DNA of 20,000 nucleotides from Halocafeteria seosinensis (lineage: Eukaryota), in contig LVLI01000190.1 of the NCBI GenBank assembly GCA_001687465.1, forward strand, positions 120,844 through 140,843, read 5' to 3'. The notes under the pieces were generated by a model. That model saw only the letters and a list, made by a program, of their open reading frames with translations, searched no databases and was not told the DNA's origin. Made by a program: the position numbers and the translations under genes. Shown in pieces: positions 10,137 through 19,734 of the stretch. Position 1 is the first letter of the stretch. The number at the start of each line of letters is the position of its first letter.

Positions 10137-13100
10137 CTACTGCGGAGCTACCGGAGGTCTTCCGGTATCCTCGTGCTGTTGCTGTTGTGCAGACTTCCTC
10201 CATCTCTCCGGGCTCGGGCCGTCTTCAGTCGGGATAGTAGGTCGACCGGCGCTACTGCTGCTTCCTCCTGTGCCAGGTGCTGGATGTGGGTATTGAGATT
10301 CTGAGCTCGCGTTCAAACTATCGCTGAGTTTCCTATTCACTTGCCAAGTCGTAACAGAGTAGTCAGGAGATGCTCGTGGGTCTCCATGTGTTGGGCCATT
10401 CGAGACAGTTGCATTGCCTTTCTTGGGGCGAGAAAATGTTTTCTCACGAATCATGTTCTGTCTAACCATCTCATCTTCAAACATGGATATCAAGTCGGTC
10501 GACCCTTGACGGGCCGCCTCATCGTACGGTGTGCTGCCCCACCGGTCGCGAGCGAGAATGTTGGCACCCTCCTCCAGGAGAATCCTGGCAATTTCGGCAT
10601 TGCCGTCACAAGCAGCAATGTGCAGGGCAGTTCGCTTGTCATAGTCGCATTGGTTAACATCCGCTCCGTCTTCGATTGTGTCCCGTACTTGAGCGGCATC
10701 TCCTTCGCTAGCCGCACTACATAGCTCGAAAAATAGCAAAGTCGATCTTGCTTTCTGCGATAAGTTAGCCAAGTCATGGTTCGAGTGCACCCTCTCTTCG
10801 TCTGCACGAATGTCTAACTCTTCGTCTCGGTAGACAAGTTGATCAAAGATGTTTATCCGGTACCGCGCTGTCAGAGCTTCACAAAACTTCAACGCTAGTG
10901 GGGGGATTCCCCATTCATTCAGTCTGGGCGAGTAAATCGCAATCCCCATGATATTTGGAATGATAATCAGACACGCTCCCGAAATACCTGCTGAAGCAGG
11001 AATTCCCACGCTAAAAGCCCACGTGCCAGTATACTGATTCAACCCACAGTTGTACATAAGTGAAAATACACTTCGCATTTCGTCACGCTCAAGTACACGC
11101 TTATTGGTTGTAGGACATACTCCAATGTTGGCCAGTGACGCCGCGATAATTGCCAGTTTTTCGCTGTTGATCTCAACACTTTGTGCTTGGAAAAGTAAGT
11201 GAGCATTATCCGTGGGCTCGGTAGATTCCGGATACGCCCCCATTCCCTTCATAAAATGAGAAACTGCCAACGTCTGCAGTCGTTTCTCCTTTTGTGCTAA
11301 GAAGACGCTGTTATTAAAACCAATGCGTCTACCGCCAGCCAAATCCGTTATATGCTGGATAATGTGCATGAATCTGCTACCAGTATCCCTGAATGCTTTC
11401 TTCCCTGATTGCAAATGGGCACCGCCCAACGTCGCACATACCGCCAAAGCGCCGCTGTCCATGAATGGATTGAATGGTTTGGGACGCGGTTTTTCTCTCT
11501 GCTCCCCTGGGGTTGCAGCAGACGACATCAAACTGAACGATGCGGGGTCGGTACTAGTCGGTTCCGTAGCAACCCAGGAGTGGGTTTCATTCACCCCAAC
11601 ATCCTTCAAGGAAAGACTGTAAAGCAATGGCTGCACCGCCGACATTAAAGGGAAGTCCACATCTGCATCTCCCCAATTGTATTGCTGCCCATCGACAGTA
11701 CAGACAGAGACACCAAAATTGGACGGATTCGCATGAACCAGTTCTTCTATATCCAGTTCTGCATACACATTTCCTTGTTCTATACCACTGGAAGCATTTG
11801 CGGCACTTGCAGCGACAGCCTGCTGTTTAGTTCGTCCCCGAGGAGGTGCCGCTACCCGGTGCCGAGACATACCCGACTCATCTTTCTCTTCAGATAGACT
11901 TTGGTTCATTTGACTAGTCTCATTTTGCAGGTCACGAAGGGCCAAGGAGGCTATGGAAGACACATCTCTACAAAATCCCTTGAATATAGGCATCGCAAGA
12001 TTGTTTAGGAGTGCTCTAACGACAATGTTTGTATGACCTTCTGGTACAAACAAGTCGCCAGCATAGATAAACTCTCCCGCACCGAACGATGATCCGCGTT
12101 TTGCGAGGTCTGGAGCAGACCCCTTGATAAACCTGGTCTTGAGCCATGCGTTTTGGGAGTTCGTCAAGTAGTTCCATCGCGGAGAAAACTTTCCATCTAC
12201 TTCTTGATAGTCTGACAAGATCGATTCCAGTCGCAGCCCAAAGTCAAATCTATCCGGTGCCCACTCGATTAAGCCCGAGAGAAGTGATGTCAAATCACTC
12301 GTCGTCATCATGCGGTTGGAATTCTGTGTATGCTGGTCTACACGAGCTTTCGCTTTTGCGGAAAGATCTCTTAGGCGATCTCTGCTTCGCTTCCGCATCA
12401 GCTTCATTGTCTCATATAAGGCAGGGGTATACTTGTGGTCAACCGGACCGATCCCACATTCAGCAAGCAATCGGTACAAATACTCCAGTGGTATCCATCG
12501 CGGAATGTTAGTAGATCCACAGGCCCTGTCGCAATTATCCTCTGGTTTGTTCCGATCCTCTGAACTATCATATTCGCAGTAATTACGATTGCTATAATCT
12601 GCATCCGTCAGAAAAGCATGGTCACACCAGACCGAGACAACTCGAAGCATTTTGAACCAGCGACCAAAGGTAGACAAGACACTCCGCCACCGTTCCAGCA
12701 CCCCTCCTGACGCACATGCTTCATCGACATCCGACATGTCGTTAGAACTTCCTTCGGAGGACCCATTCTCGTGTTCATGTGCGGGGCTTGGAGCAGACGC
12801 AGAGCCAGGGTCTCGATCACTGCCGTATATTCCTTCGTCGTCGTCGTCGTATTCATTAGACGCAATTACCCTAGCCTTCTTCTTTTGGGAGACACGTTTG
12901 GATGAAGTGTGTTCACTAGGAGCAACAGAATCATTTCCGCAGGTCAACTTCTTCGAAGAGCTCGTTCGCTTCGTCGTGGCCGCAGACGATGCTTGCCTGC
13001 CTTTCTTCTTGCTGGGGCTTACACTACTCTTAGCACCATTACCCGGTCTTTGATCCGTAGCAAGACTCCTGACAACATTGGATGATCGCATACCTGAAAC

Positions 13101-14343
13101 AATTTGATCAAATATACCAAAGCGGTATCTTTCAAGAAGCCGTTTGCAGAACTCTACACCCCGAACACTGTTACCATGAGAATCCAATGGAGGAGAGTAT
13201 ACAGCCATCCCTAAGACGTGCGGGATGACAACATACACCAATCCCGCGACACCTGATTTCGCCGGAAGTCCAATTTTGGTGCACCATTCACCCGAATAGT
13301 CGTACATTCCACAACTGAACATCAAGGTGAGGCACGATTTGGTGGTCACAGGGGAGAAGCAGCGTTTCCCTGTTAACGGGGACACCCCACCTGTTGCAAG
13401 AGTAGCAGCAAGATTCGCAGCAATGCGAGTGTTGACTTCCATTGAGCATGCTTGAATATAGAAATCTAGAGCTTGGAGCGGATCACTGTCATGGGAGAAC
13501 ACTCCGGCATTAGTCATATAATACATCAAGGCGTTATTTCTCCAAGCCGTCTCTTGTTCGCAAAGGTAAGTGGGCTGACTGAAGCCAATCTTTTCTCCAC
13601 CAGCAACGTCTGAAACTAGCTGTTTAAAGAATCGAAATCGCGCCGCCATATCTAGATCGGGGCGCACTAGGGACCCCGTTGCAATAGCTCCCGCATTTAT
13701 CATGGGATTGTGCGGCCGGTTTGCCACATTCAAGGAGACTTCATTAAAAGCTAAGCCAGATGGTTCTATCCCCACATGACGGTGCACCTTCTTAAGACCA
13801 TTTTGTTCTACTGCTGCTGCATACAGCATTGGCTTGATGCCCGATTGAATACTGAACATATGCGAGGGTTCCGTATTCCCATATGTGAATGTCTGTCCAT
13901 CTACTGTGCAGATAGAAACGGCGAACCAATCTGAGTCTTGTTCAGCAAGAATAGGAATATAATCCGCATTTCTCCCAGAGTTTGCTACTTTCTGGATATC
14001 ATCGTAGAGGTCTCGAACGTCCCTCGTGAAAGCAGCCCAGTCCGGCATAGCCAAGTCATCCGTGAGCACTTTGGTGAGTAAGTTTGTCTCGGACGAATCC
14101 AGCAAGTTTGAAACATCAATAATCCCCGTATCATCAGCCAAGCTCGCTATGAGCTCGCGATGCTTGGTCGAGTCAAATCCTTTGTGCTCCAAGAGGCCTA
14201 ATGCATCGTCAATGGACAAAGTGCGGTTGGCAGCGGCTTCCAAGCGCTGGAACTTCCCCTCCACAGCTGCAGAAAACAGGAAGCAATTTTGAACAACACA
14301 CGAGAGAGGGATTACCATCTAGTAAAATAACCTTACTTGGCAT
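10137..14343 (-). CDS. GLS: GLS-type glutaminase with duplicated domain: EF-hand-like + active glutaminase + linker + EF-hand-like + pseudo-glutaminase + ankyrin repeats; complement(join(10137..14266,14337..14343)), 1,378 aa
   Basis: Domain 1 has ADYIP, SICTVDGQ, QSGIK (S-x-x-K), EPSG, PHNPMINAGAI, FYIQACS, SCGMYDYSG and KSGVAG. Domain 2 has SVCTVDGQ, MSAVQP, PFNPFMDSGAL, NCGLNQYTG and IYSPRL. The C-terminus has ankyrin repeats (DYDKRTALHIAA, DRWGSTPYDEA). A 7-nt first coding exon ATGCCAA|GTAAGG...CTGCAG (70-nt intron) gives the start MPTVEGKF. Confidence 0.95.
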
Positions 14344-14694
14344 AATGAAGCAAATTTAAACAGCGTTTGCTATTTCTTCAGGGAGACAAAATGCGCCCAC
14401 GTACGCTCCTCCTTCTTCCTACCAGTGATTGATAGCGATATGATCGATATGCACTGGTGCGTCAGACTATTGCATAATCATCCTTTGGACTATTGAATTT
14501 TCCCAAGACAAATGTATCGCTACAAAACGTTCATTAACGCCGTTGGTTCCATGAGGAATCTTGCTCGACACTCAACGCAACCCTGTGTGAAGTTAAGTAC
14601 AACTAGTAGTGCAGGCTAGGTAAATTATTACTCTTTCTGTGGTTGATATGGTGTTCATGAGAGAAAGAGTAGGAACGTACAGACGCGCGCCGTG

Positions 14695-15989
14695 ATGTCA
14701 CGCTCACATTCCAGATCGGGAGCAAAGGACGAGGAGAGTGCTACCGGCAGCGGTAATGGAACGGCAGCGTCCATGTCGGCTTCCTCTTCGGGCTCAGCGG
14801 TAAATGGTATCAGTAAGAGCAGGCGACGTTCGTCCCGCAGACGTGTACACGAGGGAAAGCCGCGACGCCATGAAGTTGGAGCCTTCCAGCGAGTCGTGCT
14901 TGACAAGACGAAAGCGTGGAATTATGTACACAATGAAGGGGCCGAAATCGTGACACAGAGCCGCAGAAGGATGGAAATTTCTCATCTTCTAAATTCCACA
15001 ACAGATCCGATATGTGTTTTACGAGGGCACATGCATTATAGGTATGCCTAGTGCAACAAAGGAGGGTTCCTCGCACACTTATTGGTTTTCTATGCACCCA
15101 CTGACGCAGAGACTACTACACTCCAGATACGGCCAACCACTCAACGGGAATCGTGGAAGACAGAGATGATTTAAACAGAGAAAGAATAGGATCACTATCC
15201 GTAGAGATCGAGGACGACGTTGATCTGGAAAGTAGCTTGGCTAATGAGGAGCTTCCACGAAGCATGTTTGATGAACCAAGGGAAGCTAGATGTGAACGCC
15301 AGAGCGTGCCGTTTGTCACATGTGGTAAGGATACTTGCCCAGATGCAGGAACAGACTGTAACTTATATCCTATACGTGACCTCTCGTTACGTGCGTTAGC
15401 TAGACATATTTCTGGGAAGAAAGAGTCCTCATTATCGCAAACCCCTCGTTTAGACCCAGATGCTGGACGCGAGCCTTCGGACATGGAGCTCCTTTACTCG
15501 GCGCATGTTCCCTTAGCTATCACAGAGGCATTTGGTTTTCCATCTCCGAGGCCACATCTGGATGTGGACCCCGACAAGGAAGAGTCCCTAGATAGAGACA
15601 CGAGAAGCAAGCTTGCCAATGAAATAAACTCCGACACAGTGCTGCGGGTTTTATCCAGGGAGGCACTACGAACAACCGATGCTCTGCTAACAGTTGAGTC
15701 GAATAGGAACTTTATCCCTCAGCGTTATCACCCAAAGGGAGCTGATCCAAAGCCGTATCGTAAATCATTGCTGGGTGGATTTCAATATATGTTCCGGAGT
15801 GGTATGTGGTCATTACCCAACTACAGCCCTACGAATCCTGAAGATCAAGATATGGTGGATGATATGTCATTTAAACGAGCGCTGTATCACGCGTTTTTGG
15901 AGCGTTTTCGGAGTCGAAAAGTTGCAGGAGCTATCTATGACAGCATCCGACCGAAGTGCTCGCCACACAGACGGAAGAAGAAGCCTTGA
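14695..15989 (+). CDS. Hypothetical protein, 408 aa, possibly nuclear; join(14695..15041,15110..15989)
   Basis: A 68-nt intron (AG|GTATGC...CTGAC GCAG|A) joins the 119-aa and 278-aa ORFs in frame. Basic patches SRRRSSRRR and RRKKKP resemble nuclear localisation signals. No family recognised. Confidence 0.75.
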
Positions 15990-16289
15990 AAGCACCAAAT
16001 TGCACGCCAGAAGCTCAGCTTTTAGGTTTTTTGGACTCAGCGTCAGTGGATCTCCTATTCTACATTGCCAATTCGATGAGGCGTTGATAGACAAGGCAGT
16101 CGTACGGCACGACTCGTAAGCTGCGTCCAACTTCTCACTCAACCAAGTTCATGGCACGAGCCATTCCTTTTCCCAGTGGCCGGCCAGGCGCTAGAATCAA
16201 CGACAACTGGATCATCGCAATTTTAACACTGTTAAAATGTTTCTCGCCAGGCGCCAGACTATCTGCTGTGCTACGTGATGAGGGTCATA

Positions 16290-16308
16290 GTGTGTGTGTG
16301 TGTGTGTG
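16290..16308 (+). repeat. (GT)n microsatellite
   Basis: gtgtgtgtgtgtgtgtgtg, about 9.5 units. Confidence 0.9.
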
Positions 16309-16514
16309 CAAGTTCAGAAGTTGTCGAGTCGACTCGACGACAATCCTCAAGTTGTGAAGTTGATGTGAAGCTCAGATAACATTCCCAGAAGTTCTGGGTC
16401 AGAAGTTAAATGTTACATAATTGTTAAATACAGGTACAACTCCTTGCATTAATAGGAATTTTAAATGATCTTTAGCAATCCGCTGTACCAAGTGTTGTAC
16501 CTCTAAGCCGAGCA

Positions 16515-17243
16515 ATGAGCAGCGCAGCCGCATCGTCCGCCGTCTCCGAGTTGTCAGATACATTGAAAGTCAGGATCAGCAAGATAATGTGCCACTACCT
16601 ACGTCACGCTTTAGACGAGTTCTCTGATAGAATCAACCATTATGTGGAGGTTGGCGAACTGTTTCACCAAATCCGGCGACAGCATAAGGCTGTTCCTGAA
16701 CTCCACTTTGAACATGTGTCAACAATTGTTCGAGAAGATCAGAAGGGACGCTACCGATTACTCGAAAACAACAATCGTTGGTACATTGGTTGCTGTCAAG
16801 GTCACAATGCAAAGTTTAAGGACATTGTAGAAAATATTGGGGAATCGATAGACCCTTCCGACTTGCACTGGGTGATTCACGGCACGCATCGGAAGCTCCT
16901 GGACTCCATTCGCACGCATGGACTCAAGATTATGAATCGTTCGCATATGCATTTCACTCGAGGAATCACGGTGGAAACCTTACGCGAGCTTACAAAATAC
17001 GGGCACTTGGAAGCATTGCGTTCGGCTACTGTAGGAAACGAAGGTCAACCAATGCCAGTGGTGTCTGGAGGCGCTCGAACCTCTGCCAAGGTGCTCATGG
17101 TAATTGATTGTCAAGAAGCAATGAAAGACGGAATTACATTTCAAAAGGCCGACAATGGAGTCATTTTATCTCGAGGCAATAACGGAATACTGGCACCGCA
17201 TTATTTTAGTGCCGTAATTGACACTGAGAAAGGTGCTCTATAG
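16515..17243 (+). CDS. TPT1: NAD+-dependent tRNA/RNA 2'-phosphotransferase (Tpt1/KptA/TRPT1 family), 242 aa, intronless
   Basis: Family motifs are present in order: SK..YLRH, KGRY, QGH, HGT, GLKIMNRSHMHF, ID, A..DGI.F, NGVILS. The Arg-His-Arg-Arg catalytic set is retained. Confidence 0.93.
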   Translation: MSSAAASSAVSELSDTLKVRISKIMCHYLRHALDEFSDRINHYVEVGELFHQIRRQHKAVPELHFEHVSTIVREDQKGRYRLLENNNRWYIGCCQGHNAKFKDIVENIGESIDPSDLHWVIHGTHRKLLDSIRTHGLKIMNRSHMHFTRGITVETLRELTKYGHLEALRSATVGNEGQPMPVVSGGARTSAKVLMVIDCQEAMKDGITFQKADNGVILSRGNNGILAPHYFSAVIDTEKGAL

Positions 17244-17252
17244 GTTGCTTAT

Positions 17253-19079
17253 CTACTCAATGTTTGTTCTTTTGAAAGCAACAGACTCTGAGAAGTTGTT
17301 CCTCGACGCTGAAGAAGGGCGAAATGCTGGTCTATCTATTGGCGCTTTGTTTGAGCGTAGGGTCCACGGTGTTTCCATTAAGGGATCCGAAACGTAAGGT
17401 ACGGGCTGCCGTAAGGGAGACCGATTCTGGCAAAGAAAAAGACACAAAGAAAAAGACACAAATTCGAGGGTGAGGAGCACCGCGGTGATTACCTTCCATT
17501 AGATAATTCATACAGACCTGTGAAATCCGAGAATAGAAAGGCCCTTCGGGGTCTTCTGGTTTTGAAGTTCCCGTTTGTCTGGAACTCGGTCGAGAATTCG
17601 CCGAAACAGTGTTCGGTCTGTCTTCGGTAGCACTGAGGTATACTGCAGACTCCAAGCTGTTCAAGACCAACACCTCAGTAGTTAATGATACTTAATGTAA
17701 TTCTAACAGTAAAACTTTCACCTACTTTTTTAGGTCCGGGTGGTTGCCACGAGAAACAAGAGAAAGGAATGGGCCTCGGGAATCGTCTGGGTCTTTTTGA
17801 CTTTGCATATGAGCCTTCATTTGCTTACGCTCACCCTCGTAGTCCGAGTGCATGTATCTGCTCAAGAGCAACGCCATTCCCGGTTGACAACCAGCATGTC
17901 GTGAGCGCGCTACACTTACTCGTGTACACTTCTAGTCGGTGATTCGGGCCTTTCTCCCAGTAGCGTCCCAGGGTACCCAAATGATCCCTTCTTAACTGGG
18001 GTCACCTTAATTGGTATCCTACTATCCTCCTCGTTCTTGGACTTCCGTCGACTGGCATTTTCGCTATGTCTGTGACAGGAGAACCCGGATAAATTCAACA
18101 GACGAACACACAGTGAGTGTTATTGAACTTACGGTCTACTCGTGTCCTTAGCCACCTCTTCACCGACAAGAAGGTACATGTCAGCATTTGGCCTGTCTCG
18201 TCCTGCTGCCATGTGGGAGGAATTCGGTCGGAAAGGAGGACGTTCAGCGTCATCCTTAGGGCGAGTTGACTTCGCTTTCTCTTTCTTTAGCTTTCTAGCA
18301 ATGTCTATCTTGCTTAGGTATGGTTCCGCCTGGATGTCCAAACCAACTCACAGTTGGAGTACTGTCTTCCATCGCATGTTGGCGGGACTACACAAGACTT
18401 ACCATGTGCTCATACTGTTGCTGCTCATGTACATGCCAACTGTTCGTCATTTGCTTTCCCTCATATCTCGACATCTTCATTTGTCGGCGTTGGCGTGTGT
18501 CGTCGTAGGGATCGCCTATGGCCAGAGTCTTTGTATCTGCATCGCTAAACACATGTTCTGGATTGGGCTGCTTCTCCAACGATTCTTCGAACACCTGGAT
18601 TCCAGTGGAGACAGTGAAGGGGTCGTTTTCATGCCCGTCGTTCATAAGTGTGGCACACTCACCTTCTTCCTTTCCTGCGGATCCGGTTGTTTCCTGGTGG
18701 TCAAGCGCTCGAAGATTGTCTTATCCTTGTATACGCCGGTAGTGGATAGCTTCGTGGTGGGATTTCGACGTCCAGAAGCCCTTTCTGCTTTCCACGTCGC
18801 TACTACAGACGTATCCGTGGAATATGTCACTGAGAGTTCATCTCCCTTCTCTAGCTTGATCGCCACCTGATGATTGCTCTGTTCGCATTTTCCTTTGAAT
18901 GCCGTGGATCCATGCATGAATTTCCCATGAAAGCTTCCTGATTGAGAGTGATCCGGTGAGGTGTATTTGCCTTCACCATCGGCGGAGGCATGCTTTCGGA
19001 GATGCAAGTAACCATTAGTGTAAGCCCCTCCATCGTCGCTGTAAATGTGCCATCCTCCCTCCAAGGTCTTCACAGGCAT
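17253..19079 (-). CDS. CFAP96/C4orf47 (UPF0602)-like ciliary/centrosomal protein with extra N-terminal domain; complement(join(17253..17426,17518..17656,17726..17857,17920..18069,18133..18329,18403..18594,18663..19079)), ~466 aa
   Basis: Six GT-AG introns (68, 73, 63, 62, 69, 91 nt) join the small ORFs in frame (1,401 nt). Motifs recalled from this family: 'LAIGDPY..RYEGKQM', 'PPFRP', 'VTPVKKGSFGYPGTLLG', 'YMHSDY', 'PYVSDP', 'PAFRPSS'. The last donor site and the start codon are less certain. Confidence 0.7.
17432..17462. repeat. Short 14-nt tandem duplication in the last intron of the CFAP96-like gene
   Basis: aaagaaaaagacac occurs twice in tandem and forms the polypyrimidine tract on the minus strand. 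Confidence 0.7.
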
Positions 19080-19426
19080 CTTCTCTTCTCTATAGCGATC
19101 AATATCAGCAAACACAGAGGAAATGATTAAAAATGTGGGGAGAATGACAGACTTCCCATCCCTAATGTTGTATCAAATCCATTGCCGTCATACGCACTGC
19201 CACAGACTGTCGCACGACCGTCCTCTGCCCGAAGTTCGTTACCGAACCAGTGTTCCGAACTGCGACCGCTACTTCATACGCAACATGATGCGCCAAAAAC
19301 TATACTCGGGGTCAAGGTGACCGGTCAACCCGCAATGAAATGGAAAAGAGCAGAAAATTACGGCGAGAACTCGAAGATCAAACGGTGTCTTTACAACTAC
19401 TGTATACACACACGCGGTACATGTGT

Positions 19427-19734
19427 ATGTGATAGATAGCCCACCGTCGGGGGAGTTGACCGCATTGTACAATATTACACCAGTGTTGGTACAATTGTAT
19501 TAGCATTGTTCCTACCGGAAGAAATCTAGTCCTACGTGCTACGCTAGGCCATAACATACAATGTAAGGCAGGGTGTGAGTGAAATCGATCCAGTGTGTAC
19601 CCCTCACCAGTGTCACCACATCAACGTTGCCAATGAATACACGGTCCATGTTGAACGCACAGAAGGGGAGGGCTGCTTGCAAGACACACACACAAATGTG
19701 ACAGATAGCCCACCGGCCGGGAAGTTGACCACAT
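19427..19734 (+). repeat. Imperfect 39-bp direct repeat (19427..19465 and 19696..19734)
   Basis: atgtgatagatagcccaccgtcgggggagttgaccgcat versus atgtgacagatagcccaccggccgggaagttgaccacat: 34/39 identical. Each copy is preceded by an (AC)n run. Confidence 0.85.

Noticed and set aside
9482..10304. Plus-strand ORFs of 183 and 128 aa
   Set aside because: Largely antisense to well-supported minus-strand coding exons.
14267..14318. ORF-track start MVIPLSCVVQNCFLFSA of the glutaminase, resembling a signal peptide
   Set aside because: It lies inside a 70-nt GTAAGG...CTGCAG intron with a polypyrimidine tract, so the hydrophobicity is probably an artefact.
16971..17034. Possible intron explaining the Tpt1 insertion
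   Set aside because: The donor is weak (GTGGAA), and removing 64 nt would shift the frame and destroy the downstream NGVILS motif.
18142..18870. 242-aa hydrophobic plus-strand ORF
   Set aside because: Antisense to three minus-strand exons that have consistent splice sites and family motifs; it has no recognisable motif of its own.
19427..19734. 39-bp repeat as a CRISPR-like array
   Set aside because: Only two imperfect copies 269 bp apart, in a eukaryotic context with no cas genes.
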